A DNA stretch of 64,000 nt from Candidatus Pacearchaeota archaeon (GCA_038885615.1 JAVZZP010000001.1:8876-72875); one strand, 5' to 3'. Shown: positions 1 through 10,374, counted from the stretch's first letter. Notes: generated from the letters alone by a model not told the origin. Numbers and translations: made by a program.

Positions 1-902
1 TTTATAACTTTCTCAACAAATTTTTTCGCATTTTCTCCTCTTAAAGAAACATTAACAAACCCTTCTTTTTTACAGCAAACAATTACGAACTTATCTCTGT
101 ACAAAAAAAGCAATCTGTTAGCAATTTCAGAAGATAAACTATGCTTTCCAGAAGATTCTAAATAAACTAATCTCTCAAAAACATGAGTTTTGCTTAGGGC
201 TGTGTCAATAAATTTTTTAAGCTCGTTGTACTTATCATGCATAAAAGAATTTTCCTTGCTTTCAATAAGAAGGTCATATGGAGATTTTATTTTAACTAAA
301 ACATCTAAAATTTTTGATATGTTTGCATCGCTATTCATTAAAGAAAGAGAAAGAATTTGAATACATTTTCCGAAATCAGAAGAATATAAAATATCAAAAA
401 TATCTTTTTTAGCAGGAAATAACTCCACGTATTTTTTTGCTTCGTCTTCAAAAAAATCCGGTATATAAAAATCAGAAATGCATCCGATTAAAGAAAGGAA
501 TCTTGTTTCTTCAGAATCAAAAACTTTTTGAGTTATGTAACTTGTAGGCTCAGAAGAAGGATAACTATTAAAATATAAACAATAAGCAATTTCTTTTTGT
601 TCATGGTGATCTATGCATATAACATTTATACTTTTTGACGAGAGCTTATAAAAGAAATCCTCGTCTTTTATAGGTTTGTCTATAATAAACACATCACTCG
701 GATAATTTGATAATATTTTTTTTTGAAATTTCTCACTTATTTTGTCAATTGACTTCAAAACAAGCCCTTTCCCTTTTTTTATGTTCCTTAAGAGAATAGC
801 AGTAGAACAAATTCCATCAGGGTCGTTATCAAACAAAAATAAAGGGTTTGTTGAACTTTCCAATAATTTTTTTAGCTGAACCAGGATTTTTTGAGAAATC
901 AT
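1..902 (-). CDS. DHH-family phosphoesterase (RecJ-like), N-terminal part; C-terminus lies beyond the window edge
   Basis: Own translation from ATG at 902: MISQKILVQLKKLLESSTNPLFLFDNDPDGICSTAILL...VICIDHHEQ. It has the DxDxDG and DHH motifs. It is absent from the ORF track because no stop lies in the window. Its ATG overlaps the disA stop (ATGA at 899-902). Confidence 0.7.
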   Translation of the reverse strand, partial: MISQKILVQLKKLLESSTNPLFLFDNDPDGICSTAILLRNIKKGKGLVLKSIDKISEKFQKKILSNYPSDVFIIDKPIKDEDFFYKLSSKSINVICIDHHEQKEIAYCLYFNSYPSSEPTSYITQKVFDSEETRFLSLIGCISDFYIPDFFEDEAKKYVELFPAKKDIFDILYSSDFGKCIQILSLSLMNSDANISKILDVLVKIKSPYDLLIESKENSFMHDKYNELKKFIDTALSKTHVFERLVYLESSGKHSLSSEIANRLLFLYRDKFVIVCCKKEGFVNVSLRGENAKKFVEKVI

Positions 903-1933
903 ATAACAACCTTTCCTTCTAAAATTTCTTCTCTTAATTTATAAATATTCTCTTTAATCTGAGATGCTCTTCCTTTTAAGATTTCTTCTAATAAGGTTTG
1001 GTCGGAGTTTATTATTTGATCTAAGGAATTAAATTTTGAAAGAAGTAAGGAGATATCTTTTTTTCCTAGACCAACTTTTTCCAAAAACCTAATACCTTTT
1101 GGAGATATGTTCTTTGTTAAGTCAAAATCAAATATAACTCTCGCAATAGAAGAAATATCCGAAAGCCCTTCTAAGGTTAAACTGTCAAGAATTTTTTTTG
1201 ACCTCTTTAATGGTTTTTCAGAATAATCTCTTAAGATATCTTCTTCTATTTTCTCAACATTTTTTGTTAATTCTCTAAATCTTAAACTGATAATATTTCC
1301 CTCCTTTCCAGCTTCTATAAGATCTTTTCTCATAATCTGAGCTATCTTAAGTATGCTCTCGCTTTTCTGTAATAAACGACAAACATCGCTAACAGTAACC
1401 AGGCCGGACAATTCAAGAATATTAAGTTTTGATATAAGCTCGTCGAATTGTTCTCTTTGCTTTTCTATTATCTGAAGGTTGTTAGAAAGAACTCTTAACA
1501 AATCTTCTAAATTCCTTAAACTATACTTTAAGCCATTAAAGTAAATTGTTGTTTTTTTTCTTCTTTCTGAAACAGCTATAACAAAGGTCTCGGCTTGCTT
1601 AGAAGTTTTATCTGCTGCCTTGTGCCTAGTACCTGTTTCGTTAGATGAAACTGATGTTGAAGGAGTCAATAAAACATTTCCATAGAAAATTCTTTTCATA
1701 TCCTGAGATATTACAACAGCACCATCCATTTTGCAAAGTTCAAATAATCTTTGGGGAGTGAACCTGCAATTAACTCTAAATCCACCTTCAATACACTCAG
1801 TAATCTTTGGAGAATCAAAAACAATCAACGCCCCCATATCAGATCTTATTATATCATCTATTACATTTCTTAGAGGCATTCCAGGAGAAACCTTCTTCAA
1901 AAACTCCAACATTTTCCTCTCTTTTTCTTCCAT
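899..1933 (-). CDS. disA: DNA integrity scanning protein DisA (diadenylate cyclase)
   Basis: 344 aa and collinear with Bacillus DisA as I remember it. DAC-domain motifs: MDGAVVIS and NETGTRHKAADKTSKQ...VIAVSERR. A linker and C-terminal helical region follow. Confidence 0.9.
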   Translation of the reverse strand: MEEKERKMLEFLKKVSPGMPLRNVIDDIIRSDMGALIVFDSPKITECIEGGFRVNCRFTPQRLFELCKMDGAVVISQDMKRIFYGNVLLTPSTSVSSNETGTRHKAADKTSKQAETFVIAVSERRKKTTIYFNGLKYSLRNLEDLLRVLSNNLQIIEKQREQFDELISKLNILELSGLVTVSDVCRLLQKSESILKIAQIMRKDLIEAGKEGNIISLRFRELTKNVEKIEEDILRDYSEKPLKRSKKILDSLTLEGLSDISSIARVIFDFDLTKNISPKGIRFLEKVGLGKKDISLLLSKFNSLDQIINSDQTLLEEILKGRASQIKENIYKLREEILEGKVVI

Positions 1934-2009
1934 TATCTTAAAAAAATCGAGATATTTATATATTTTTTGTTAAAGATAAACTTTTTAATCTAAAAAAATA
2001 ATAAAATTT

Positions 2010-2789
2010 ATGGAAAAAGAGGAAAAAATTAATTCTGAACAGTTTTATGAGATTTTAACAAAAGATGATCTAGGATGGCAATCGCTTATTTACGAGCTTA
2101 TAAAAACTGAAAGATTGGACCCTTGGGATATAAATATCTCTCTTTTGGCACAGAGATATCTGGAAACAATACAAAAAATGGAAGAAGCGAACTTTTTTAT
2201 TTCTTCTAAAATGCTTCTTGCTTGCGCGATTTTGCTAAAAATGAAATCAGAAATTCTAAACAGCAATATCATTAGAGAAATTGATGAAATGCTATACGGA
2301 AAGAAAGAAGAAAAGAAAATAACCAAAGAAATTGAAATAATAGAAGAAGAATTCCCCATCTTAATACCAAGAACTCCCTTGCCTAGACAAAAAAAAGTTA
2401 GTTTAGATGAATTAATGAGGGCTCTAAATAAAGCAATTGAAACTGAAACTAGAAGAATAAAAAAAATAGTAGGAAAGAAACATGCCGAGAACATTTCTAA
2501 ACTCTTTATGCCGAAGGACAACAGAATTCCTCTAAAGGAAAGAATTTCTTTTATTGTGAAAGAATTGGAAAAACATTTTGAAGAACTTAAAAAAGAAGAA
2601 ATAACTTTTTCTGAACTCGCGCCAACAAAAGAAGAAAAAAAATCGCTGTTTCTTCCTTTTCTTCAGTTGGCAAATCACGGAAAACTTTATTTTAAGCAGT
2701 ATTATCATTTTGAAGAAATTTTCATTAAGCTAGAAAAATACGAAGAAGAGCAGGAACATTTATTAGAAAAAGAAGAACTGAAAAACTAA
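2010..2789 (+). CDS. scpA: Segregation and condensation protein A (kleisin ScpA)
   Basis: N-terminal ScpA signature ERLDPWDINISLLAQRYLETIQKMEE...SSKMLLACAILLKMKSE. Length 259 aa. Confidence 0.8.
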   Translation: MEKEEKINSEQFYEILTKDDLGWQSLIYELIKTERLDPWDINISLLAQRYLETIQKMEEANFFISSKMLLACAILLKMKSEILNSNIIREIDEMLYGKKEEKKITKEIEIIEEEFPILIPRTPLPRQKKVSLDELMRALNKAIETETRRIKKIVGKKHAENISKLFMPKDNRIPLKERISFIVKELEKHFEELKKEEITFSELAPTKEEKKSLFLPFLQLANHGKLYFKQYYHFEEIFIKLEKYEEEQEHLLEKEELKN

Positions 2790-2855
2790 TTTTTGTTGTA
2801 ATTATAAAGTTACAAAAAAGAAAAGATTTATAAACTAGAAATATTTCTAGAATTT

Positions 2856-3065
2856 ATGCAAAACAACTATCTAAACATTGTAGAAATAAAGACGATTAAA
2901 AGCTTCAACTTTTTAAGAAGAGATATAAACAACTTAAGAGAAAAAATTTATTTAGCTGAAAAGACCCTATCTGAAAAAGTAAATGAACTTAAAAAAATAG
3001 AGGAAAAAATAAATAAGCTCTCAAAAAAAAAGAAAATTAAAAAAGAAAAAATTAAAGTTTTATGA
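2856..3065 (+). CDS. Hypothetical Lys-rich coiled-coil protein
   Basis: ORF track only; low-complexity K/E-rich sequence. See the finding on the A9 run and the downstream basic frame. Confidence 0.3.
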   Translation: MQNNYLNIVEIKTIKSFNFLRRDINNLREKIYLAEKTLSEKVNELKKIEEKINKLSKKKKIKKEKIKVL

Positions 3066-3225
3066 CCTAAAAAGAAAAAGATCTTTTAGTACAAATAAAT
3101 ATTCTTATAAGATAAGATCTGGAAGAAAATTTGCTGTTGCAAGAGCCCCATCTGGAGTAAAAAGCTGGAGAATTCTTGGTTCTAGATAATTAAATTTAAA
3201 AATCTTTTTTTTCTCATTAGTTTTA

Positions 3226-3297
3226 GCCTCAGTAGTATAACGGCTAGTACGCAAGCCTGTCGCGCTTGAGACCCGGGTTCAATTCCCGGCTGGGGCG
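3226..3297 (+). tRNA. tRNA-Asp (GTC)
   Basis: Cloverleaf read by eye: acceptor GCCTCAG/CTGGGGC, anticodon arm CAAGC-CTGTCGC-GCTTG, T arm CCGGG-TTCAATT-CCCGG, discriminator G. Confidence 0.9.
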
Positions 3298-3355
3298 TTT
3301 GGCAAATTTTATAAATCTTGTTTTCTATGAATGGTTAATTAAATAAGAGGTTAAA

Positions 3356-3745
3356 ATGGTTGTAAAAAACATACAAAAAGCAGTAGATAGTGCCGGCAAA
3401 AAAGAAATTGCAGGAAAAACAATAGGTGGATGGGCTTTTGTTGTTGGTCTTGTCATCGCAGTAATAATATCTTTTGTCGGACTAGAACAAAGCTGGCCAA
3501 TTTATCTATTATTGGTTTTAGGCTTGATTGTTGGCCTTTTTAACATAACAGAAAAAGAAGTCAACTCTTTTTTGTTGGCTGCTGTAGCATTTATGTTAAC
3601 TTTTGCTTCTCTCGGAGCAATATCTAGAGGAATACCTGGTATTGGCGAAGGTCTTGCAGTATTCTTCTTTTTAGTTAATGCTTTCGTTGCACCAGCAGCT
3701 GCAGTAGTTGCTTTTAAGGCCTTATTTAGTCACGCAAAAAATTAA
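3356..3745 (+). CDS. Small multi-pass membrane protein (paralog of 20389..20760)
   Basis: Three to four hydrophobic segments. Shares the motif GLFNITEKEVNSFLLA with GLFNFNEKDSFTFLVA in the other copy. Confidence 0.6.
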   Translation: MVVKNIQKAVDSAGKKEIAGKTIGGWAFVVGLVIAVIISFVGLEQSWPIYLLLVLGLIVGLFNITEKEVNSFLLAAVAFMLTFASLGAISRGIPGIGEGLAVFFFLVNAFVAPAAAVVAFKALFSHAKN

Positions 3746-3815
3746 GAGGATTTTTTATTTTTTTCCTCTTTTTTATTTTTTTAGAATTCTTTGGGGAGAG
3801 TGTATAATTTTGGTT

Positions 3816-4512
3816 TTAAAATAATTTTTTCCCCGAATTCTTAAAGCTAACTCCAACAAGAGGGACATAATAACTTTGCCTGTCTTTTAGTGGTGCTAAT
3901 GCTGGATCCACTATTTTTCCATCGACAACGACCCACATATGCCCTTCACCCTCTGGAGCAAGATCTTTGTCAAAAAACAATCCTGTAATAAGAGAATATC
4001 TCTTGATCTATCCTTCATATTTAGATACAAAGCACAAGCAATTGTTGAAAGAGCCCTACAATCAACCTCATTAATATCTCTTTTTTTAAGATAACTTAAA
4101 AGTTCTTTATTTTCTGATAATTTCAATGCTTGATCTTCAATAAAACTTTCTAAATTTTCATATTTTATTTGTGAAGGATTTTTGCAAGCTAAATTTCCTG
4201 ACAAAACTACAGCCTCCTGCGAGAAAAAACCGCAAGTTCTTAATAGATTAGCATAAAGTTCTGGATTATTCTCTGTGGAATTATATCTTGGAATTTTCCT
4301 TTTACTTTTTTCAGTATTACAATAATCAATTGATAAGGAAAAAACATTTTTTTTCTAAATCAGAAACAAAAGAAGGTTCCGTCTCTCTAAGCTCAGTTAA
4401 TTTTTCCCTTCCATTATGCCAATCCCGGTGGTTGTCACTTAGATAAACTTCGTTAGAAAAAGCAGAGCTAAAAAAGCATTGCTGATGCAATAATTCCTTT
4501 TTAATTTACCAT
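3816..4512 (-). pseudogene. Transglutaminase-like cysteine peptidase, disrupted by several frameshifts
   Basis: Pieces lie in three frames. KELLHQQCFFSSAF...NHRDWHNGREKLTEL; then LSIDYCNTEK...GFFSQEAVVLSGNLACKNP...EVDCRALSTIACALYLNMK (Cys motif); then DLAPEGEGHMWVVVDGKIVDPALAPLK (His/Asp motif). The frame changes sit at A/T homopolymers. Confidence 0.5.
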
Positions 4513-4567
4513 AAAACAATAAGCAATATCAAATTTATAAATCTTTCTATATGTTACTACTAAAAAG

Positions 4568-5311
4568 TTACTTAAATCTTTCCATACAATATTCTACTAA
4601 TTCTTCGTCTTGAATTTGCCTTGTTTGTGTTTCTGTTCTTATCATAAAAATCTTCCTTCCTTCCAAAGATAAAAAAACCGGAAATTCTGAAGGATTAACT
4701 TTTATTAAACAAACATTTTTTCCTTCAAAATTCTCAAACTTAAACTCCAAAAAATAGTTAATCTTATTATAGATTTTTGCGGGAAAATAAGGCCTAATTA
4801 TGTCGTCGATAATCATTCTTTTATAACCATCTAAGGAAAAATCCTTTTTTTGTTCTTTTAACTTCTCTAAATCTTTTTCTATTCCAATAATTTCGTAATT
4901 AGAGTTCTCTTTTTTTTCTTTTACACCTAAAACTAAAATTCCGCCATAACTGTTCATTAAAGCAGCTATTGATTTTGCTATTATTACTTTTGAAGCCTTT
5001 TGCTTGTATGCATGAAGCTCATAGGACTTGCTCTCATTTATTTGGTGCGTAGTATAATTTAGGCTCCATAAAGCTTCGGACTTAAACTCGATTTTTTGGC
5101 TTTCGCCCTTTTTTAAAAGTTCTTCCACTTCTGTTCTTTGTTTTTCGTCAATAATTTTTTGGACTCTTCCTATTTCTCCTGATTTTAACCTAACTAACAA
5201 TTGTTTTCCTTCTGTCTTTATTCCCAAATCTTCAACAATTCCAACAACATTCTTTTTACCTTTAATGGTGAGAATTTCAACTTTCATGCCTTTTTTTATT
5301 TCTCCATCCAT
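4568..5311 (-). CDS. YwbE/DUF2196-like N-terminal domain fused to an AlbA_2 (Schlafen-type, divergent AAA) putative DNA-binding domain
   Basis: N-terminus GMKVEILTIKGKKNVVGIVEDL...VRLKSGEIGRVQKI resembles DUF2196. The section ESQKIEFKSE...AALMNSYGGILVLGV resembles the AlbA_2 core. Confidence 0.5.
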   Translation of the reverse strand: MDGEIKKGMKVEILTIKGKKNVVGIVEDLGIKTEGKQLLVRLKSGEIGRVQKIIDEKQRTEVEELLKKGESQKIEFKSEALWSLNYTTHQINESKSYELHAYKQKASKVIIAKSIAALMNSYGGILVLGVKEKKENSNYEIIGIEKDLEKLKEQKKDFSLDGYKRMIIDDIIRPYFPAKIYNKINYFLEFKFENFEGKNVCLIKVNPSEFPVFLSLEGRKIFMIRTETQTRQIQDEELVEYCMERFK

Positions 5312-5394
5312 AGAGTATTTAATAATGGCTCCTATATAAGATTTTGTTATTTAAGATAGAAAAGTTTAAAATAATAAGATATTTCTTTTTTTAT

Positions 5395-5874
5395 ATGAAA
5401 CTAACTGAAAACTTGGCTAAAAAGCTAGCGAAAAAATATTTGCTTAATGAAAAAACAAAAGACGGAAAATTTCTTTTTTCTCATACTGAAAGAGTTGTTT
5501 TTTGTGTTGGTCTTTTGACTAAAAAATTTAAATTAGATGAAAAAAAGCTCGTTGTTTCTGCTTGGGTTCATGACATTGGGTATTTTTTAGGAGCAGAAAA
5601 TCATGCTGAGAAATCTCTTGAAATTTTAGAAAATGAAAAAATTGAAATTGACGAAGAAATTAAAGATGCAATTTTAAATCACGGAACAAACGCGAACCCA
5701 AAAACAATTTATGGTGAAATAATGCAAATAGCAGACAAAATAAGCATAATTGATAGAGATGTATTAAAAATTCTTCTAGAGCAAGAAAAAATTAGCGACG
5801 AGGACATAAAATTTTTTGAAAGGGTTTTTTCTAGTTGTTCGGAGATGTTAAAAAAACTAAAAGATATTTTTTAG
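5395..5874 (+). CDS. HD-domain phosphohydrolase
   Basis: FSHTERVV...AWVHDIGY is an H..HD metal-binding pattern. The ATG at 5395 lies about 25 nt after a TATA-like box, so it is preferred over the TTG at 5344. Confidence 0.7.
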   Translation: MKLTENLAKKLAKKYLLNEKTKDGKFLFSHTERVVFCVGLLTKKFKLDEKKLVVSAWVHDIGYFLGAENHAEKSLEILENEKIEIDEEIKDAILNHGTNANPKTIYGEIMQIADKISIIDRDVLKILLEQEKISDEDIKFFERVFSSCSEMLKKLKDIF

Positions 5875-5911
5875 AGAATAAACTTTTTAATATTTTTTAT
5901 GATAGTTTTTT

Positions 5912-6994
5912 ATGAAAAAAATAAAAGCAGGAGTTTTAGGAGCAACTGGTGCGGTAGGACAAAATTATTTATTGCTTTTAGAAAATCATCCGTGGTTTGA
6001 GGTTAGCTATGTTGCTGCTTCTCCTAAGAGTGCAGGAAAAAAATATGGTGAAGCTGTTAGAGGGAAATGGTTTATGGACAGGGCAATTCCCGAGAATATT
6101 GAAAGCTTGGTCGTTGGAGATGCTACAAAACCAGAAGAAGCTCTCGGAAAGTGTGATATTCTTTTTTCTTCCTATGAAGGAAGTAAAGATGAAATAAAAG
6201 CAGCTGAGATGACTTATGCAAAATTAGGTTTTCCAGTCATTTCTAATAATTCTGCTCACCGCTGGACAGAAGATGTGCCGATGATTATTCCTGAAATTAA
6301 TTATGACCACATAAGATTAATAGATATACAAAGAAGAAATAGAGGTTTTAACAGAGGATTTGTTGTTACAAAACCAAATTGTTCTATTCAAAGTTATATG
6401 ACTCCAATTGAAGCCTTACGAAAAGAAGGATATCAAATAAATAAAGTCGTTGTGACAACTTTGCAAGCGCTTTCTGGGGCAGGATATCCCGGAGTTGCTT
6501 CTCTAGATATTTTGGATAATATTATTCCTTACATAAACGGAGAAGAAGAAAAAACAGAACAAGAGCCTCTAAAAATCTTTGGAAGAATTAACGGAGAAAA
6601 AATCTTTATTGAAGAAAATCTTGAAATTTCTGCGACCTGTACAAGAGTACCTGTTATTGATGGACACATGGCAGTAGTTAATGTTAATTTTAATGAGCAA
6701 AGGCCAAATTTAGATGAAATAATAAATATTTGGAATAACTTTCAATCAGAACCACAAAGATTAAATTTGCCTTCTGCTCCAAAAAGACCAATAATTTATC
6801 TTAATGAAGAAAACAGACCTCAACCAAGAAAAGACAGAGACGCGGAAAATGGAATGGCTGTTGTCGTCGGAAGATTAAGAGAATGCAATGTGCACGATGT
6901 AAAATTTGTTGGTTTATCTCACAATACCATAAGAGGAGCAGCAGGCGGAGCAATTTTAACAGCAGAGCTTTTGCATAAAGAAGGTTATTTTTAA
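5912..6994 (+). CDS. asd: Aspartate-semialdehyde dehydrogenase (archaeal type)
   Basis: GVLGATGAVGQ NAD motif, KPNCSIQ active-site Cys, SGAGYPGV, HNTIRGAAGGA. Collinear with Methanocaldococcus Asd. Confidence 0.9.
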   Translation: MKKIKAGVLGATGAVGQNYLLLLENHPWFEVSYVAASPKSAGKKYGEAVRGKWFMDRAIPENIESLVVGDATKPEEALGKCDILFSSYEGSKDEIKAAEMTYAKLGFPVISNNSAHRWTEDVPMIIPEINYDHIRLIDIQRRNRGFNRGFVVTKPNCSIQSYMTPIEALRKEGYQINKVVVTTLQALSGAGYPGVASLDILDNIIPYINGEEEKTEQEPLKIFGRINGEKIFIEENLEISATCTRVPVIDGHMAVVNVNFNEQRPNLDEIINIWNNFQSEPQRLNLPSAPKRPIIYLNEENRPQPRKDRDAENGMAVVVGRLRECNVHDVKFVGLSHNTIRGAAGGAILTAELLHKEGYF

Positions 6995-7449
6995 TCTCTC
7001 CAAAAAGTTCCAACAATTTCAGCTTTTTCTAAAATGTGGCCTTGCATTTCCTTAATAATCTCTTCTTTTGTTGCACCTTCTTTTAGGTTTAAAAAATCAT
7101 CTAGAGCATAAAAAACAAAATGATAATTATGAACTCCGGTTCCTTTTGGCGGAGAAGGGCCCCCATAATCTAGATTTTTAAAGCTGTTTATACCTCTTTT
7201 TGCCTTAGAAGGAACTTTTCCCTCTTCGATTTTGAGTTCTTTCCCTTCAACAGGAATGTCAAACAAAACCCAATGAATCCACGAAAATCCGCAAACTCTT
7301 ATAGCGTCTGGGTCCTCACAAATCAAAACTAGGGATTTGGTTCCATTTGGCAAATCTTTAATTAAAAATGGGGGACTAACATTTTTGCCGTCAAAAGTAT
7401 AATCTTTCGGTATTTTTTCTTTGTTTTTGAAATGAGTTTGAACCAACAT
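6991..7449 (-). CDS. PEBP/YbhB-YbcL family (Raf kinase inhibitor-like) protein
   Basis: CEDPDA...WIHWVLFDIP...GGPSPPKGTGVHNYHFVFYALD are typical PEBP motifs. Confidence 0.8.
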   Translation of the reverse strand: MLVQTHFKNKEKIPKDYTFDGKNVSPPFLIKDLPNGTKSLVLICEDPDAIRVCGFSWIHWVLFDIPVEGKELKIEEGKVPSKAKRGINSFKNLDYGGPSPPKGTGVHNYHFVFYALDDFLNLKEGATKEEIIKEMQGHILEKAEIVGTFWRD

Positions 7450-7489
7450 AAAGCTATAACGTTTTTTGGCTTAAAAAAAATTTCGCAGT

Positions 7490-9967
7490 TTAGTTCTTAT
7501 CTTCTTCAATCTCTTGAACTCTTGTCATATCTGCTACTTTGTCGCCTTCTTGGAGCTTTATTATTCTTACACCCTGCGTCGCCCTTCCCATAATTCTAAT
7601 GTCTTTTACAGGACTTCTTATAACAATTCCTTTTATTGTAGAGGTTATAATAGTATCACTTTCTTTAACACTTTGAGAAGTAACAACTTTTCCTGTTTTA
7701 TCCGTAACTTTGATATTTATGACACCTTTTCCCCCTCTAGAAGTTAATCTATAATCTTCTATGTCGCTTCTTTTTCCATAACCTTTTTCTGTTATTGTCA
7801 GAATAGAGAAATCTTTTTGATTTTCAATAGGCAGAATTTCTATTGAAACAACTTCGTCATTTCCTTCTAATCTTATTCCAATAACTCCAAAAGCATTTCT
7901 TCCAACTGCTCTAACATCATCCGAGTTAAACCTGCATGCCTGCCCTTCTTTTGTAACAAGCAAAACTTCTTGGTGTTCTTTAAGTGGTTTAACTGCTATC
8001 AGAGAGTCATCTTTTCCTTCCAAATCAATTGCCTTAATTCCACCTTTTCTTGGATTGCTAAATTCTGCTAGTTCTATTTTCTTAACGAAGCCCTTTCTCG
8101 TTGCCATAATCAAATAATCTTTAAACTCTTTAACTGCCAAAACAGAAGAAATTTTTTCATCTTTTAATTCTAAAATATTAACTATTGCTTTTCCTTTTCC
8201 ATATTTCGCACTTTCCGGAACTTCATAAGCTTTAAGCCAATGCACCTTTCCTTTATCAGTAAATATAAGTAAATAATCATGTGTAGAACAAGTTAATAAA
8301 TCTTTTACAAAATCCCCTGTTGCTAAATCACTTCCAATAACTCCTTTTCCTCCCCTTTTTTGTTCTTTATACTGCTTCAAATCAATTCTTTTTATGTAAC
8401 CCTTATCTGTAATTGTAATAACAACATCTCTCTTATCAACCAAATCTTTTTCTTCAAATTCTTTAATATTTTCCAAAATTGTTGTTTTTCTTTCGTCACC
8501 GTATTCTTTCTTTAATTCTAGCAAATCTTTTTTGATTAATTTTAAAATTTCTTTTTCATCAGCCAAAATTTTCTTTAATCTTTCTATTGTTTCTTTAAGC
8601 TCTTTTTCTTCGTTGTTTAGCTTCTCGTATTCTAAAGAGGTCAATTGATTTAACTTCATTTCAAGAATTGCCTCGACCTGTTCGTTTGTCAATGAAAACT
8701 TTGATTTCAAGGAATCGGCTGCCTCTGTTTTTGATTTGGAAGCTCTAATCAATTTAACAACCTCGTTAATGTTTTTTTGAGCAACAATCAATCCCTCAAC
8801 AATATGTAATCTTTTTTCTGCTTTGTCTAAATCAAATTCTGTTGCTTTTCTTATAACTTTTCTTCTATGATTAACATAAACCTCAATTAATTGCTTTAAG
8901 TTTAATTCTTTTGGTTCACCATTAACTAAAGCCAATAAAATGGCATCAAAAGAAACTTGCAAATTTGTGTATTTATAAAGGCGATTTATTGTAAATTTAG
9001 GATCAACGCCTTTTCTTAACTCTAAAACAATTCTTATGTTTCCTTTTGCGGATTCATCCCTAATATCATTAACATCGAGCAACTTTTTGTCTTTAACAAG
9101 TTCTGCTATTTGTTCAATTAAGGCAGACTTATTTACCTGATAAGGAATTTCTGTTATGATAATTTTTGGCTTTCCTTCTTTTTCTTCTGTTTTGACCTTG
9201 CCCCTTATAACAAAACGACCTCTTCCCGTTTTATACATTTCAAGAAAATTACCAGAAACATAACCGCCTGTAGGAAAGTCAGGAGCTTTAATTATTTGGG
9301 CTAAATTTTCTATTTCTATTTCAGGATTTTCAATATAAGCTAAAATAGAATCACAAACATCATTTATATTATGGGTTGGAATATTGGTTGCCATGCCAAC
9401 AGCAATTCCAGAAGCACCATTCAAAAGAAGATTTGGCAGTTTTCCTGGCAAAAGCTCTGGCTCTTCTAAGGAGTTATCAAAATTAGGGAGCATTTTAATA
9501 GTGTTTTTTTCAATATCTTTTAGCAGCTCTTCTGCAATTTTTGCCATTTTTGCTTCTGTATATCTCATTGCAGCAGGAGGATCTCCGTCAATGCTTCCAA
9601 AGTTACCTTGGCCTTTAATCAAAGGATATCTTAAAGAGAATTCTTGGGCCATTCTAACCATAGCATCATAAACAGCCATATCTCCATGAGGGTGGAATTT
9701 ACCTAAGACATCTCCGACAATTCTAGCTGATTTTTTTGTTTGTTTGTTGTGTTCAAGCCCCATTGAGTACATTGCCCAAAGAATTCTTCTATGTACTGGT
9801 TTGAGACCATCTTCGGCAGCAGGCAATGCTCTAGCAACAATAACAGACATCGCATAATCAATATAGGCCTTTCTCATCTCTTCAGAAATTTCTGCTTCAA
9901 CTAGTTCTTTTGCTTCTGCTTTTGTTTTTGTTTCTTCCTTTTGCTGCTTAATTTCTTCAGGAGTCAT
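7490..9967 (-). CDS. gyrA: DNA gyrase subunit A
   Basis: [26 protein letters not shown], an active-site Tyr region (AAMRYTEAK), and a C-terminal beta-pinwheel repeat region. 825 aa. Confidence 0.95.
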   Translation of the reverse strand: MTPEEIKQQKEETKTKAEAKELVEAEISEEMRKAYIDYAMSVIVARALPAAEDGLKPVHRRILWAMYSMGLEHNKQTKKSARIVGDVLGKFHPHGDMAVYDAMVRMAQEFSLRYPLIKGQGNFGSIDGDPPAAMRYTEAKMAKIAEELLKDIEKNTIKMLPNFDNSLEEPELLPGKLPNLLLNGASGIAVGMATNIPTHNINDVCDSILAYIENPEIEIENLAQIIKAPDFPTGGYVSGNFLEMYKTGRGRFVIRGKVKTEEKEGKPKIIITEIPYQVNKSALIEQIAELVKDKKLLDVNDIRDESAKGNIRIVLELRKGVDPKFTINRLYKYTNLQVSFDAILLALVNGEPKELNLKQLIEVYVNHRRKVIRKATEFDLDKAEKRLHIVEGLIVAQKNINEVVKLIRASKSKTEAADSLKSKFSLTNEQVEAILEMKLNQLTSLEYEKLNNEEKELKETIERLKKILADEKEILKLIKKDLLELKKEYGDERKTTILENIKEFEEKDLVDKRDVVITITDKGYIKRIDLKQYKEQKRGGKGVIGSDLATGDFVKDLLTCSTHDYLLIFTDKGKVHWLKAYEVPESAKYGKGKAIVNILELKDEKISSVLAVKEFKDYLIMATRKGFVKKIELAEFSNPRKGGIKAIDLEGKDDSLIAVKPLKEHQEVLLVTKEGQACRFNSDDVRAVGRNAFGVIGIRLEGNDEVVSIEILPIENQKDFSILTITEKGYGKRSDIEDYRLTSRGGKGVINIKVTDKTGKVVTSQSVKESDTIITSTIKGIVIRSPVKDIRIMGRATQGVRIIKLQEGDKVADMTRVQEIEEDKN

Positions 9968-10374
9968 TTTTTCCTCTTTATTTCAAATTTACAATTTTTA
10001 CATATGAAACTGTCCACGCTTCCGTCTTTCATTTCAACCTGAACAACATCCTTGCAATTAGGACAATAAATCTCTTTTATTTCATCTTTATAAGAAGCTT
10101 TTTTAGATTTTTTCTTTCTTTCCTTCTCAAAAGCGGCAATTGCTTTTTTGCTTATTTTCCATTTAGGAAAAATTGCTCCTTCAAAAAAACATTTGTTGCA
10201 TCTCATTCTAGGTATAATACCAAAGAGGTTTTTTAGTGAGAAGATAAATTCAACTTCTACACTTCGACATTTGGGACAAACATAAACCTCTACACTATCC
10301 TCGTTATTTTTATTACAATCGCATTCTTCCTCGCCGCAACAATTAAGCTTTATTTTTTTATTTTTTTTCTTCAT
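9964..10374 (-). CDS. Double zinc-ribbon protein (CxxC x4), hypothetical
   Basis: CPKCRS...CNKC and CPNCKD...CKNC pairs. Its stop overlaps the gyrA start. Confidence 0.5.
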   Translation of the reverse strand: MKKKNKKIKLNCCGEEECDCNKNNEDSVEVYVCPKCRSVEVEFIFSLKNLFGIIPRMRCNKCFFEGAIFPKWKISKKAIAAFEKERKKKSKKASYKDEIKEIYCPNCKDVVQVEMKDGSVDSFICKNCKFEIKRKK

